Source: Bugula neritina (lineage: Eukaryota > Animalia > Bryozoa). Taken from it: a DNA stretch of 64,000 nt. The DNA lies in the NCBI GenBank assembly GCA_964035545.1, contig OZ037771.1:5861190-5925189 (forward strand), given 5' to 3'. Below are positions 25,301 through 42,123 of this stretch, piece by piece (the first letter of the stretch is position 1; every line of letters begins with the position of its first letter). Position numbers and translations under genes: made by a program. The notes beneath the pieces are model-generated. The model ran no database searches, was not told where the DNA came from, and worked only from the letters and a program-made list of their open reading frames with translations.

Positions 25301-28300
25301 CAAGCCAGCATCTACTCAGCTATACCCATCAGACTGAAATCAGTCTTCTAACATATAATCAGTTGTAAGGAATGTATAATTGAATTTCTTAATATGGTAA
25401 TGATATAATAAGACCTGGCATACTTTTACTTGTGTTCCGGTAACAATGAAGGATTGGTGAATCATGCTGAGACTCTATAGGGTTAGAATTATTCCTTATT
25501 TAAGTTGAGTCATTTTCAAAATTTGAGTTATTGTTATCATCCCTAATTCAACAAGGAACTGAAACTGCTTCAAATTGATAGAGTGATGTTTAATAAAACA
25601 AGAACCATAAATGAATTACTAACATTTTATGTTGACATATTTTAGCAAATAAACTTAAACAGTGATTGAAATGCATAAGTTTGGTTTAACAAGCCAATGA
25701 TCTATTCTATTTCACTGTCCTAATAACAATAGATTTATTATAAGAACATTGGTAATGACATTGTTACCTTAGAAGCTGGAGTAATTGTACCACATTATAC
25801 ACGGCAAAAATACAAATCTAAAATTAAAATATTATTTGCTGTTACCGGTAAGCTTTTAATATGGACATTCCAAAAAATTCTTACTAGTGTGTCGATGTTA
25901 ACTATAAATATTCAGCCACTATTGCAACATTGAAAGACAATGGATTAATTTGTAAACTTAGAAATGTCCTAAAAGCTGTCACAAAGGTAATTTAAAATAA
26001 TATGAAAAAGTGTACTACGATGCAATTATGATTTGAGTTTTAATAAAATATAACACCCAAAATATGCCCAACTATGCTTTTTATAAGTATAAAGTTGTAT
26101 ATATTTGGCTTATAGACTTTTATTATTGTTTCCCTGAATTTATTTTTAAAGTCAAATTGTTTTAATTAAGCTGTAGGTAAATGAAAACCAAATCATGACA
26201 TCAGCAAAAATTTCAACAGTAACTGTAACTTTCATCTCTGTAACTTGTCACTGTACTATAATTATTATTGGTCACAGTTAAAGACATTATTTATCACCAT
26301 GCTTCTGGCACCTTCCTGTGATAAGTAGTTTGTATAATCTTGAAATTCCAAAGAAGCTCCAAGACACATAAATATTTATACAGTCTATTTTCATAACCAG
26401 AATAATATTCAGGTGAAGGGCTTCAGGCATGGGGTGAGAAATGGCTAGCTATTCAAAACAGTTGTGCTGCTTTGGTTCTTGAGATTTATTTTACTTAGTA
26501 GCAACTGGAGCCAGAGCCATCTTGTTTGATCATGAGTGACATCCTTTTCAATAACCTCACAGCTAAAATTTAGGTTTGGATAAGTGCATTATGACTTGAA
26601 GTATTTTTTATTTTTATATACTTCGTTTGCAAACTTCATAACTTGTATCCCTTATCCAAAGTACTAAAACAAATTTCTAGAACATTTGTTACCTTTATCT
26701 TCTCACATATCATTCTATTTTTAAACTTGAAAATTCTAATTGAACTTGAAAAAGTCAACAAAAAGCAGTAGTAAATAATATAGCAACTTTTGGTTACAAA
26801 CATTTACATCTATTCGCTAAGATAAGTTTATTGGTGCTCGTTTTAAGGTAGGTGCCTGCAAGATACCTCCCCATCACACAGCTAGCCCACCTGGCCACTT
26901 GTACACTAGCCCTTAGCAAGACTACTATATATAGCCGGTAATGAATTTAGTAATCATTTCTAAGTAAATTTATAATGTGCAGCTGCACTTTTAATTTATT
27001 TTGCAAATTTTAAATTAAAACTTTGATTTTGAACGCATCTTATAATTTAACAACTGGTAGCAATAGCATCATTTGATTATTAAAATTGTAATAAATAATT
27101 ATATTTGAAGCCATTTAGAATTTTGGTACTCTATTGATTGAGCCGGTGATGAGCATGTAACCCATTGTCTAGTTTATTGGACATTCTCAGGGCATGTTGA
27201 CTGCGATCCTGGCTAGTAAACAGGCCAGATAATACAAGAATTGTGCTCGGTTTATTAATATTGAACTGCAGCTAGCTGATTATACATATTTTATGTGTAA
27301 AACACCTTTAGATATGTCTAATTGTATAGTGAAAACAAAGGCCTATTCTTTAGGGTTGAAAATGATCGAAAGGTATAAATTGATTAGCCATAACAGATGC
27401 ACCCAATAGAGAATAATGTCATCGTAAACAAATACCAAACCGTTCTAAATGTATGGTTTCATTCAGGTAAATAATTTATGATCGGACATAGCATTGAATA
27501 GAAGATTTAGCTACAAGGCTACATTCTATAATATACTATATACATTTTATAATACCTTATTTTAACCAGCATGTGTAGTCTGCTCACATATACAAAAGGT
27601 GAAATATATTTCAAAACAAATTTAATAGTTAATTGACTTTGTTACACTAAACTTGACAATTAAAAAAATAAATCTAAGATTAATGTATGAATTTATTTAC
27701 TGAAAATGATTACCTTGCTAAACAACGTATATTTCCAAAAATTTTAACTCGGAAGTTTAACTTAAATGCCAAGTGCATTTATAGGGTCTGATACTGAAAA
27801 TGGTTTGATTTATAAATCAAATATGCTTTTTCTAATGCATATAAATTGTAATATACTATAACGTCTATATCAAAATTTGTCTGTATAGGCTGAATATAAC
27901 ACTATCAAAACATCTCAAAGCAATAAAACGTTCTATACAAGTTTACTAAATATTTAAGATGTAAGTTTCTTTTTCTATTGAGCTGATGTGGCATCTTTAT
28001 TAGTTTGCTGGCAGTATATTAGTCTGAAAAGAGTATCAGTGACTAATTATAGATACACTGTCATTTTAGTTTGTACTCTTTAATTTGTTGCTCATAAAGA
28101 AGATTTTATAATACATGGCTTTACAATAAATGTTCCATGTATATAATTAGTTCAAATGCCTATGCAGAATAAGATATTATTGATTATCAAATGCAATAAT
28201 AATATTTAGCTATATAATAATATATTTGACATGACATATTTTTTGAATTATTTTAAAAAACAAATTAGTGTTCAATATTTGCAAATAGAGGTAATTTTTA

Positions 28301-31300
28301 CTCCCCAAACCATTTACTTTTAGTAATACATAGGAAATGGTAGGAAATAAAGGAATGAAGTAATGAGAAATATTACTTGATAGTAGTTTATAACACCAGA
28401 GCTGTTGATGAGGAAATAAAATCATTGGATATTTCCATGAGAATACACATCTCTATTTTCTACTTCTACTAGCAGGCGTATTTAATATTTATGGTGGACA
28501 TGCACTTGGAACCACATAAATAGCAAACGATATGAAAATATGTCAATACTCTTCTGAGTGTTCTATAGCCTACACGACTCACAGTTTCATTTAGTCTATT
28601 CAGTTTATAGAAATTACAATTTAATTCTAAACTGTATGCATACTGTTGGTTGTAGTATTCGGTGCTATAACCTTCAACAATAACACCCTATGTGAAACTC
28701 ATTTTATTTCAATGTACTACTTAGCAATTCACAGCATTTAGGAGTCCTCAATTCTGGCTAAGCTATTGGTCCGATGCTAAAATTTTCCTTCTTGAAGTTA
28801 AAGCAGATCAAAAAAATAAATAAAATATTATTTTATCTAGACTATATTATAATATATAATCAATTGTTCAGTTTATATTCATAAGCAAGCACAAGCTTGA
28901 CTAAATTAAATTTCAAATCATGTAATTATTTTGAAATTACTTTTTATAAAATTATGGTTGATTGTGCAAAATGTATTTTAATCACTTTGTACAGCATTTG
29001 GTAATATCAAATTTTATGCAAAAACTGCTACCACAGATTTTGCTAGGATTAAAATATGATATTAATGGTCCTAATGCAATGCCTTGACATTTTGTTTTGG
29101 ATCACAAAACTAGACTAATATACTATATATACTATAGTACAATATATAATATATTGTACTCAAAGAAACCTCTTTTTCACTAATGTAAAGCCTACATCAA
29201 AGTGACTTTAGCAATTTGGTGCCTCTACTTTTCATTAGCCAGCCTCAGTATTTAAGCATATTTATTTTCTATGTTATTTATAAACATGTATTTGATGTTA
29301 CTTCATTCATCATTCAAAACTTAAAGAAAATATTTGTCTTGACAAATGGGTGTGAAGCAAACAAGTGGTTGGTAGCACCTGTTACTCTGCAGATATTAAG
29401 AGCTGCACCTCCATCACTACACTCTTATTATAGTTACACAAGGTGTAGCCGGAAATAGTATTAATACAAATATGATTAAGATGTTTTGCTAGAAAAGACC
29501 GTACATCTTAATTAATGGTTTACTATTATTTATAGTTAGGTATAAAAAGAAGCTACGCTTAGCAAGCATTGATTAGACCAGTTCTAAAACCTAATAATTT
29601 GTAAGTTTACTTTCAACAACAAAATTTTAAAAAGTATTCTTTCAATTTTTAAAAGATTACTTTCAGCATAATACTATTTTTATTATGTTTAAGATGTATT
29701 AAGTAGAGTTGAGGTTTTATAAACACCATCAGACAAATTATGATTGTTTTGATGCCGGCTGCCAAGCGTGATTCAAAAAGAATTTGGACAGCGAGCAGTG
29801 AATGGGTAGGTTGCTGATTTAACGTTTGGTGTAGTTTACTTTTCATTACGCTCAGATGCACTTGTACAAAATGAATTAAAAGATTGCCTTCAAGATAACA
29901 AGCTGCAAGCATTCACAAAGGTGAATAGGTTGAGCTAAACCAGTCTTAAACCAACATAAGTCCTTCCATTTGAATAATTCCCATGAATACCGACAAACAT
30001 TGATCAAAATGCATGGGTATATTTTTAATAGATCTTTTGTATGAGTTTACCACCTGATTGCACCCAACTATTGCAATTATTCATATAGTTCATGTCTTAG
30101 AAACTCAATTACCCCGTCTTTTGTCCTTATTGTTTATCTATTTTTTCTTCAGGTTTTCGTGTACATTTGTGTTTCACATGTACAAGAAAGCATTTAGAAG
30201 TCGAAAAAATAACTCAGATCCTAAATGGCTAGTTCTTGACTTTTTTTATCACTATTCCACTTGGTCTACTACTTTATTTATTCTATCTTTTTCATTTATG
30301 TTACGCACTCTGTTTTAACTGGAACCTATGGTTAGATTGATCACTTTTAGTAAGATATTTACTGGTGTTAAAATATCATTTTTCTACTTGAGTCTTTGTT
30401 TAAAATTGTTAACACAAGAAAATTATTGCCATGATGATTAATGATTTTACAAGTGTCCATGGATATTAAATATAATTTTTGCCTGTCTCACCAATAATAT
30501 GGAAATGAAACGTACTAAACAAAGAAAAGGCATTCAAGAGTTGATGAAATGAGTGTACCACTGTCACAGCATGTTGAAGTCACAGCAGTGGCAACGCAGT
30601 GCAGGTGGTCACATGATGCTACAGAACGACATGTCAAGGGGTTTCAACATCAAACCGATACAACTGCATAAAGTTAGGAGCAAGTAATATATAATTCATA
30701 AATTGCAAGTATACTGATATTTGTCGAGCTGCATGGCTAATAGATCACCAAGCGAGTACTGTTAGTAGTAGATACTGCTGGACATACTGAGAATATTTGG
30801 AGTAAAACTGACAGGCAATCTTAAAACCCTACCCTTGAGTAGACATTATCAAAAACACCTTTCCAAGTAACGTTTTCAGTTTAGTTGACTTTTTCTAGTA
30901 TTTGCAATTATAATAAACAATTAATATTCAAATTTAGCTAATAATTGAAATGTCCAGATAATAAGTTATGAGCTAGTGAATACATCCTCAAGAGATGGAG
31001 GCTTTGTGTATACCTACCTATATATTATTTCAAAAGAGCTATCTATGCATTCAGCTAAAGATTATAACATAATAAATTAATAGAAAACCTTTATAAAAAC
31101 TTCAATGGAATCATTATGTTTGAAACAGACTTCTCAATGAACAAATGAAAGTATTATCAGTCCAATAATTAGATACTTCAGAAAGAGAATGGCTTTAGTT
31201 TGAGGCTGTATAATAGACGTTTTATTTAAGGAATTAATTTACTCAATTACTGTATTCATGACAAACTGCATGCTTACCAGATTTCTATTGTCCATATTAT

Positions 31301-32192
31301 TTAACTAGAATAGATATTATTCTTTTTGTTTAAAAGTAAACTATTTCAAGAACAATGTTATAATTATGATGGCTGCTTTGTGGAATGAGGAAATGCTAGA
31401 AATTTATGGAAGTTTTGCAGTTTTGTTTGTATTAAATTGAAGATTAACAAAACCATGAAACTATGGCTATCAGTAGTACTGGAACCAAGTATCTTCGAAT
31501 TTTGGGTGCTAATAACAATAATTCATATTGATAACTAGGTCAATAAAATACAGTAAATATTTATTATATTCACAAAAATGATTAGTGTTTTAGACTATGT
31601 ACAGTAAATAATGTCAAAAAAGAACTTGTTAATTCGGAATATCTATTGGACAATAAGAATGTACAATTAAATATCCGTCTTCTAGGAATGATTAATAGGA
31701 CGAAGTACAAGTTTGTTCAGCAGCCTAAACAGCAATTTACTAAAGAAATTACATGATCATAGCAAAATTAAATTACTCTTATTAGACTACTCTGTTACTT
31801 TATTAGTAAAAGTTTAAAAGTTTTGTATATCATAGGCTGACAGTAAACATATTACAAAATAAATTTTCGAGTAAATTTTTTTACTTATCTTGCATAATTG
31901 TTCATTAGTAAGTGGATTATTATTTACTTAGTCAGTACTGAAAAATGTACTCAAAATCAAATGCTAAGATCAGGGCTTGAGCTATTCCTTAGTATTTTGA
32001 GATTCAATGCAACGGAATGCTATAGTAATTTTTCACTAAACTGTGAGAAACTTAAGGCTACGAAGTAAGTGATTCCCGGGAAGGTGATTGTGCTTTGCGA
32101 TAACTTGGTGAAACTTTGATTGTCCCAAAAAGAGATGCTGATTTGATGAGTCATGATTACTAGTATTGGACGGTTGTTAGGGTGAGTCAGAG

Positions 32193-33934
<1,742 letters not shown>

Positions 33935-34019
33935 TTACTTTACTTGGTACTTTGTTCGTCAAGGTAATTGAGAAAATGAATTTATTGTATACCAAAGTCA
34001 GGGAATATAATGCACGTCT

Positions 34020-34170
34020 ATACAGGCTTGAAGCTTCCTTTGAATTGGTTGTGTGTTATTGAAAGCCTATGGTGTGTTGAAAGCTTTTGAAATTCAGCCA
34101 ATGACAAGGAGGCACTCTTTTAGGCGGCCTATTATGCTTGTATAGCCTTCCAGGATGACCAATAATAGGA
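34020..34170 (-). promoter_or_regulatory. Probable SoxB1 proximal promoter with two CCAAT boxes
   Basis: CCAAT at 34098-34102 and 34159-34163, about 180-240 bp upstream of the ATG; duplicated GTGTGTT(ATT)GAAAGC at 34051-34084. Confidence 0.4.
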
Positions 34171-37100
34171 GTATTATAAATTTTTATGTGCATTTGGTAG
34201 AGCATATTTAGTTAGAAATATTAAAATTTGGGCACATCTTTTGGCTTATATATTAGAACATTTAATTTTAAACGGATAAACAACTATTTTTATCAACTAG
34301 AGATTAGCATGCATCAGATCAAATATACTCATAAACACCTTGCTTAGTTTTTGGCTAAACCATGGTTATTCTATGGTAATTTTTTGTTTGAATAGTTACA
34401 TAAAACCTTTTTTTAAAAATCTACAATTGCACCTGATAAGAATAAACATCACACGCTATAGCACCTGTTGCTAGCTCACTCAAACAATGCTAATTACTGA
34501 AGTCACTTAGAAAATATTAATTTTCTGGAAGAAAGTTTTAAGGAAGTAAACAACTGAGACTGTTTGGAGTACTCCATCATATCTATCTTTACTGATTGAA
34601 TGTCAACTTTGGCAGTGTTAATATTCCTGCATTTCTGATATCTTATTTATGTACTTTGACTTCAACTCCAGTTGAATTTCTTAGCATTTCAACTAACTAA
34701 GGTTTGATCTTGAACTTTACATGCAAAGATCAATTCTAAATTAATGGGTTTTTAATTTTAGTGATGCACCAAAACAGACAGTAGATTAAATATGCAAAAA
34801 TATCATGAGCTTGGACATATTCAGCCACCATTCAGTGTATCTATTTGTCAAACTTGATGAACAGTCACTAAAGTTATGATCATAAGGCTAAGACTCTTTG
34901 GGTGACCAGCAGTAAGCTCAAAAGCCACTATTTTCATTAGGAGCTATTACTTCTGCTATAAACCTGAGTAAAGGCTATGAGTATTCGTTGTTACTCGGTT
35001 ACTCAGAACTAATATAATGTTTGCACGGCTCAAAGTGGCTGATTCACTCAACTGGTGCCGAACCCAGTGTGAGTAATGGCAGCTGACTCTAATGCAATTA
35101 CCCCCCTGTATACCTCAACAATTCATTTAAAGCTCACCAATTGTTTAGCAGAAAACATGAATGTAGGTGAAACAGAGCTAAACAAAACATGCTAAGTGAA
35201 CTTGCTATTAGAAAAAACAAAACTGTAAAAATTGTGTAACAAAGGATTCAATACCTGCTTTTGTGGCGGCTATTTATGTTGGCAGTTGGAAAGAAGCAAA
35301 TGATGTGAGCAATCAACAGACGTAAGGCGTCCTTACCAACAGCTATGTTCTTCAAATCAAATAATAAATCCATTTGCCTGAGAGTTTGAAGAAATCGAAA
35401 GACAAACGAGCACCTTCAACATAAAACCTAGAGAGGCGAAGTGGGAGACAGCTGAAAGTTAAGTCTTGACTATTGTAAGAATGAGTATGTAAATGATGAA
35501 AAACACTGGCTATGCCCATCCACTTAGCTTTATTATGCACTTTGTTAGCAAAAAGAATAAGTTATCAACTGTACAACGCTGTGGCCATTGTTATGTGTTG
35601 GTCTCATTCAAATATTAAACAATCAATTCCTGGAGCAGGGCTATAACAAGATCGGTGTTCATTCACTTAGATTCAATAGCTAGCATAAAAGCTTTGGTAT
35701 TTTTACAGCTTTGCTGGCAGATTTAGCATACTAGAATTACATGCAGTAATGTGATACAATGGATCATGTGCTTGGGCAGGCATATAACGACTGATTGCAT
35801 GTCAAATCTTTGTACACTAACATTCAACTCAGATCGGTTTTCAAGATAAAACAATAATTATGAATATTGTGTACAGTAGATGAAGTGAAAAGACACTACT
35901 TTAATTCTCCGTGATATTGGAGAAAAAATGCCATCAGGCAAACTGGGCTGTCGGCTCTTGTAACACGTCTCAAATTTTCATAATACTTAGCCAGTAATGT
36001 AAAATTCTCCCCTCTTATCATAGTGATTAAATGTAGCTAAATATAATAGTTATTAGTGTGTTTAAATCTAAAACTTGTAGGCATATAGTGTATAAGCTGT
36101 GTGTTATGAATGACCTTATTAAAAGATTAGAATGTCATTGACAAAGTGGTGAAACATCTTGCAAATAGAATTAATTTATAAGCATTAACAAATACTTATT
36201 ATATTACGAGTCCAGTGAGGATTTATATTTATCAGAGTTTCTAAAAGTGTTCAACTATTAAAATGGAGATTTCAACCATACTTCAGCACCCTGCAGTAGC
36301 CCAACTCCCTTCTCTTGACACCACATGGTTGCTAGGATTTTTAAACTCAAGTGGCAGATGTTAGATAGTAGAGCCAATATAATTGTATGCTGGCACATAA
36401 TTATGTACCTATGTTACATAACAGCTCGGATTCCGGGCTTGCTACAATAATTACTTTGCCCAGCGAACAGGTTTGTAACATGTCATGGTGCCAAATGTAA
36501 GTGACTCATCAACAGACCTAAGCATAGTAATCAGCGCACTAGTCATGTAGAAAACAAAGTATTTTCTAGAATTAAGACGACCACGTACATTGACATGAGC
36601 ATAATATACAACAAGAAAATAAGACATAGAGGCAAATCTTGCTCAAGACTATTAGCAACTCTCACCAGCCATAAACATTGGAATTGGAAATTATTGAATA
36701 TGGTATGCAGGTCATTTCATTTTCCTGTGTGACCAGTTAAGATGACACGGAATTTCACTGGGAGTGGCCCAGCACTTTACTAAATCTACTCAAGACTATT
36801 AGGCTGGACAGAGTAAGCAATCCACAAGTACTGAACATAATTTCACAGACCATTGGCAGCTACATGAACTATATTCAACTGTTCTGTATATAGCTGGTGC
36901 TTCAGTAATCTATAGCTTCCTACCCTCAGCAATGCAGTAAAAACTTGAAAGTTTATTTTTATATTAAATAGGATTAGCTAAATGTAAACATAATCGATAC
37001 CAACACTAATACTGTGTAAAATATTTGAGAATTACAAGTTCAAACTAAGGAAATGGTGTGTCACCATTTTTTTAGTAATTTTCAGCATTAGTTCATAGTT

Positions 37101-40100
37101 ATAAACACAAACCTTAAACTGAATAAGAGGGGGGAGAGGGTAAATGCACTTCCTCTTACAATGTAAAAAACAGAACACTAAGTTAATATAAAAATTTAGA
37201 ATTTTCACATGCAACCCGGAAGTTTTCAAATTGGTCGAACATAATATTTACTAGCTTTCCAACCCTTGACAATGAAAACTAGTAAAACAAATTTTAGACC
37301 GAGAGTGGTAGATGACAGAAAATGTGTGTGATTTGACACCCACCACTGGAAAGTTGGTAGTTGGTTAACTTTGCGCCCTTTGTTCCTTTCTCTACTGAAG
37401 TGGGCAATAACCCACAGCATTGAAAGATGAGGAAAGGTTGAGTAGTCAACCAAATGCTTAAAGGGATTGAAACTCTGAGAAGTTGGTGGCATGCCACTCT
37501 CCGTAGGTACCCACTGGTTAAGCAAAACATCTTCAAAGATCCCAACAGCTTTAGTCATATTTATTCAAGTGCAATTTAATCTTGGCTAAACCTATGCAGA
37601 TAAAACAATACGGTAAATTATTTGTTGTAATAGGAATTTTGTTAGATAATTTAAGCTTAGCCAAGGAAAAAGCTATTTTTTATTTGATTCAAATTATAAA
37701 ACTAAATTTTGAAGTACAAAATATGGTTTTTGTGTTTTTGTAAGGTTGAAAAAAAGCCCATAAGCTCTGAGTATCCTGATTGTCAATTACTTTGAAAAAA
37801 GTCACATGACCTAAGTACTATCAAGTATATAATTTCTTATGCATTGAGGCCCAGGATTTTATTTATTTTTAACTTAAGCTGTACTTTTCTAAGAATGCAC
37901 GGGGCCTAACCAAAGGTGTAACAAAGGAACAAACACTCTAAGATTGTTTCCATTTAAGTATGTTAATCATAAGTTCTAAGTACCACGTAATAGCAACAAC
38001 AACTATAATAATATGCCAGACTGGAATGAACTACTATTAGACCCTAGCTAGAGAATCCATTAAAATAATTACATTTTACTAAGTCCATTCAAACTTCATT
38101 TTTAATAATTTAAATTAGCACCATGCTGACTATAAGATGAAATAATGGCAAAGAAGTCAGCTTTATAAAGGTAAAGCTGCTGCTACATTATAAATATGAG
38201 ATGTTTTTCTTTCTTACAGCGCTAAAAGTTCGGCTCTACGTAGTTTGAATATGTAGAAATGCAAATAATAGCGGTTTCAATAATAATTAAGCTAAGGATT
38301 AAAAGAAATAACTTTAACAAAACACAAGCATTGCTTACAAAAAAATTAGCAAAAATATTAATATTAATGGCACTGGGGCTTTCCCAAATTCATAAAATTT
38401 GAAAAAAAATTAGTTTTGCTATTGATCACTTTTTAGATCTATCATCTTTATTTCGGTGATAAAAAATTTTTTTATCAGTATAACAAAGTATAAAAACATA
38501 TTGGCAATATAATGCATAGCGTAAAGTACAATTTAATATTGTAACATGTAATATCTGGTGTAATATAGTAACTTTGTGTAATATACAGTTGTGTAATATT
38601 ATGATATAACACAAGGGAATACAACAAATGGGTGAATTAAGTTCTGCAAAAATTTCAAAAAGTAGTTCAATTTTCAAGTGTAGGGCATTTGGTTGTACAT
38701 AATGATAAATTTCTATCTCATTGCTTGGTAGGTCTCGGCTGGTGAAATACCCACCACAAGTCTGGCTACAAGCAACGTCTGTTTACCTTGTGATTAATTA
38801 TGTTGAAGGCAAAGTCATGGTAAACTGTCATTAAGTCTTCTAAAGTGAACGTATAATTGTGCTAATGTTTCAGTCTAAATGATACTTTAAAATGCCAGGG
38901 TGCCTCTAATGCCATGCCTATAAGCAATCTTGCCCAGAATAAATAATACATTCCTTTTGTGCCAGCGGTGCTAATTATCAAACAACATACCACAAGTTAC
39001 TTGAATCCATTGGAGAATATTTAGAACAGGGGGACGTTTTAGACAAATTATTCTTATAGAGTAGCAGACTGAGCTACAAAATATTCTACGGTGAGACCAA
39101 ATAGCACGGCCTACAGTCAGATATTTACTCTACACTGCGACAAGTAATAGATGCAGTGCAGGGAAACCCTACATTACTCTGGAAATTAATACACTGACTA
39201 TTAGAACCTGGTACACAACTGAAAGTCTAAGATTAAATTTTGGCTAGTATAATAGGACTTTAGAGTTGAATGCATACAGATTCGAGTTCTAAAAGTTTTA
39301 ACACTTCATAATTCTTTATAAGTGGAAAGGATAATACATTGAATTTGGTTCAAACAAAGCAAACTTGAACCAAGCTAACTGGTAAACCACACGTAAGCCT
39401 AAGGGCTCAAGTAACCTACACAATGGTGTAGATAAACTGTACGTAATTATATTTACTACAGAGCTAAACTGTCTATAGCAAAGCTTGTTTACAATGTACA
39501 GCTATTACACCATTTGCTGCAACTGTACAATTGAAATACTAGGAGTTGTCTGCCCCAAACAAACAAGCGGTAGATAGAAAAGAATATAAGGACCCAAGTA
39601 GTGGGACTAAGAAAAAGATTTATTTACAATAATGATTAGATACTGGCATGACCAAACTCTTGCAAGAGTGCACTTGTCACTGCAAGTACTTCCCTAGAAG
39701 GGAAGGGGGGATAACTGCAATCATTGGTTTGTGGTGAAGCAAGATAAACAGCACCCTGCATGTTACAAATCTTAAAAGCAATATATAAGAGTTTAGTGGA
39801 AGAAATCAGTTTTTGCAGCTTCCTACAAGTTTGTTACTTTGAAAACAGTAAGGTCAAGGCCAAGTTTGTGTGGTCTGCAGAGCAAAGTAGCTGTAGTAAT
39901 AGAGAAATCAAGTTTGTTTAGAGAAGGGAAGTAGCAACAGAAATTATGCTCTCTTGGAGATTTCAAGTCAAGCACCAAGGAAAAACTCATTAAGGGAATT
40001 AAAGAGCTTGTCTTATGTTACTGCACCTAAATAGACAGCACCACGTGTAGGACTGGTGCTAACAGCTGCCTTGGCTTATATCCCTGCATCATTTCAAATC

Positions 40101-42123
40101 TTCTCAACATATTCTCAGTTTTTAATAAGATTTGCTAGAGTTTTCTTTCACTAACATTCACTCATCTAGCATGCAAATGAAGAAAGCAAATATAAAGATT
40201 GTATCAGCCATAAGAAGTATATCTGGTAGGAATGTCGCCTTCAGTTGCACACTAACTACCTTCTAACCTCTCATTACCCAGTGCTGCTTTGGGTTAACTA
40301 AGCTTCAACAAGAATGTCAATTGCCAAGTAAAGAACCAAGCCTACGGTTTCCTTACAGTACTTCCTGTATACAGGAAATAGCTTATGAAATGATGATCAA
40401 TAGTTGGATACATTACGAGCAATACTTACCAATTCTCTATGGAAGGTAGTGTACGCCATTCAGTCAGCAAAGCGTCTTGGGAGGCAGCAATCAGGTGAGA
40501 TTGTCTGCTCTCGGTTGCTGCTCCAAACATCTCAGCAGACAGTGCAGAAGTTCAGCTAAAGAGTAAATTTTCATAATTCAGAGTGTGGCATTGCGACACC
40601 ATTTTTACTAAGCATGCTCACCGGGAGTCTGGTGATAACTAACTTCAACTTTAGTAGCAATTTGAAAGGCTCAACCAATGCTTAACAATTCATAAGGCCT
40701 CAAAGATATCCATTGTAAGGAATAGCAAAAGAGAATCTTGAATGCATTGTCTTGCATTTAGGATGTTCAGCATGTTTTCACAAAACACCATGCATTTAGC
40801 ATTGACATGGATAGAATAGCTAATTCATGTTAACAAGCCATCTAATGAATGGTGTGAATTCAAAGTGCCACTTGGTCTCAATGAAGTATTAACAAGATAT
40901 ATAATTACTATAAAAACTGCTGGTTATGATGGCAGTAATCAAAACAAACCTGCAATTTCGTGAATATTTCCTACCAGTAAATTACATTCTAATGCTTATA
41001 GTATTTAAAACATCTCATTTTTAATTATTTGTATTGTTATTTCTAGCACTACAATTATAGCTTTCTCGAGTGGTAATCATGTCAAACTTATGTCAACTAT
41101 TTTATTGACATGATATAATATTTTGGTGAAGCAATCAAAATACTTTATTTCAGGGCTTTAATTCCGTTGTCAGTTACTACATAGTTTATAAAAGTTACAT
41201 ATATAGTAGAGGCTTATTATATGGGTTACTTTAGTAGTAATATACATTTCATAGCCTCTTTATTAGACTGCTGAGCAGTGATTCTAATGACCCATGACTG
41301 CCATAGAAGTTGTACTTTGTTATTGAGAAGGTGACCAATAAATAATTAAGTTCACTCATTTGTTAATACTGCTTATTGTTAATATTGCTTATTCAACAAT
41401 ATTTCTACCAAAGACCAGAGCAAAAGTGTGAATTGAACTATTTTTTTTAGTACCAACAGAAGATTTTAGTGCAATGAATACTATAGTAGAAACTTGGCCA
41501 GTAATTTTCAATAAAGTCTAGAAATTAACTTTCAAGAACCATTTTTGTTTGGGGGGGAATAGTTAAACTCAAAATGCCCTATGCTTTTTATATAAAATCT
41601 AAGTGTTGATTTTATTTACATCATCAATATTTTTCTATACATTATATGTTCTAAAAGTTCTCTAAAGGTAGTTCATGAACTTATATCAAGAATTTAGTGA
41701 TTGCTTTGCTAGGTCATTTTAAAAATATTATGCTTCTACAATTATAAATGTAATAATAATTTTAACAAATTTTAATCTCACAAACTTTATAAAGGTGTTT
41801 CCAAAGGAACCAGGCTAAGTACAGTTACCATTCACTACTTGTTTTAAAACCCTAAATATTTTCATATTCTGTGGCTTGTGAAATAGTGCATTACGTAATA
41901 TTTGAAAAGGAATAGTTTAACCATGTTGGCCACACATAGTTAAAATACTGATTATAAACAAATTTCTGAAGAAATTTTTTTACTATCTTACAGATATTAT
42001 GCCGGGAAAGAAGTCATTTTCTTGGAAACTTTGGCAAACTACAAACACAAGTTAGATGTTTGATGATAGCACATATACGTAGCATGAAGCTCGTAAAACA
42101 CACATGTATAGTATGAAATTATT

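Noticed and set aside
21300-30320. Short ORFs and acceptor-like sites following AT-rich tracts
   Set aside because: Could not be chained into a phase-consistent coding model; I/Y/L-rich composition is typical of random AT-rich DNA.
32073-32082. TTCCCGGGAA STAT-like palindrome in the SoxB1 3' UTR
   Set aside because: Single short motif with no supporting context.
37226-37558. 110-aa ORF upstream of SoxB1
   Set aside because: No recognisable domain or splice context; more likely GC-richer regulatory DNA.
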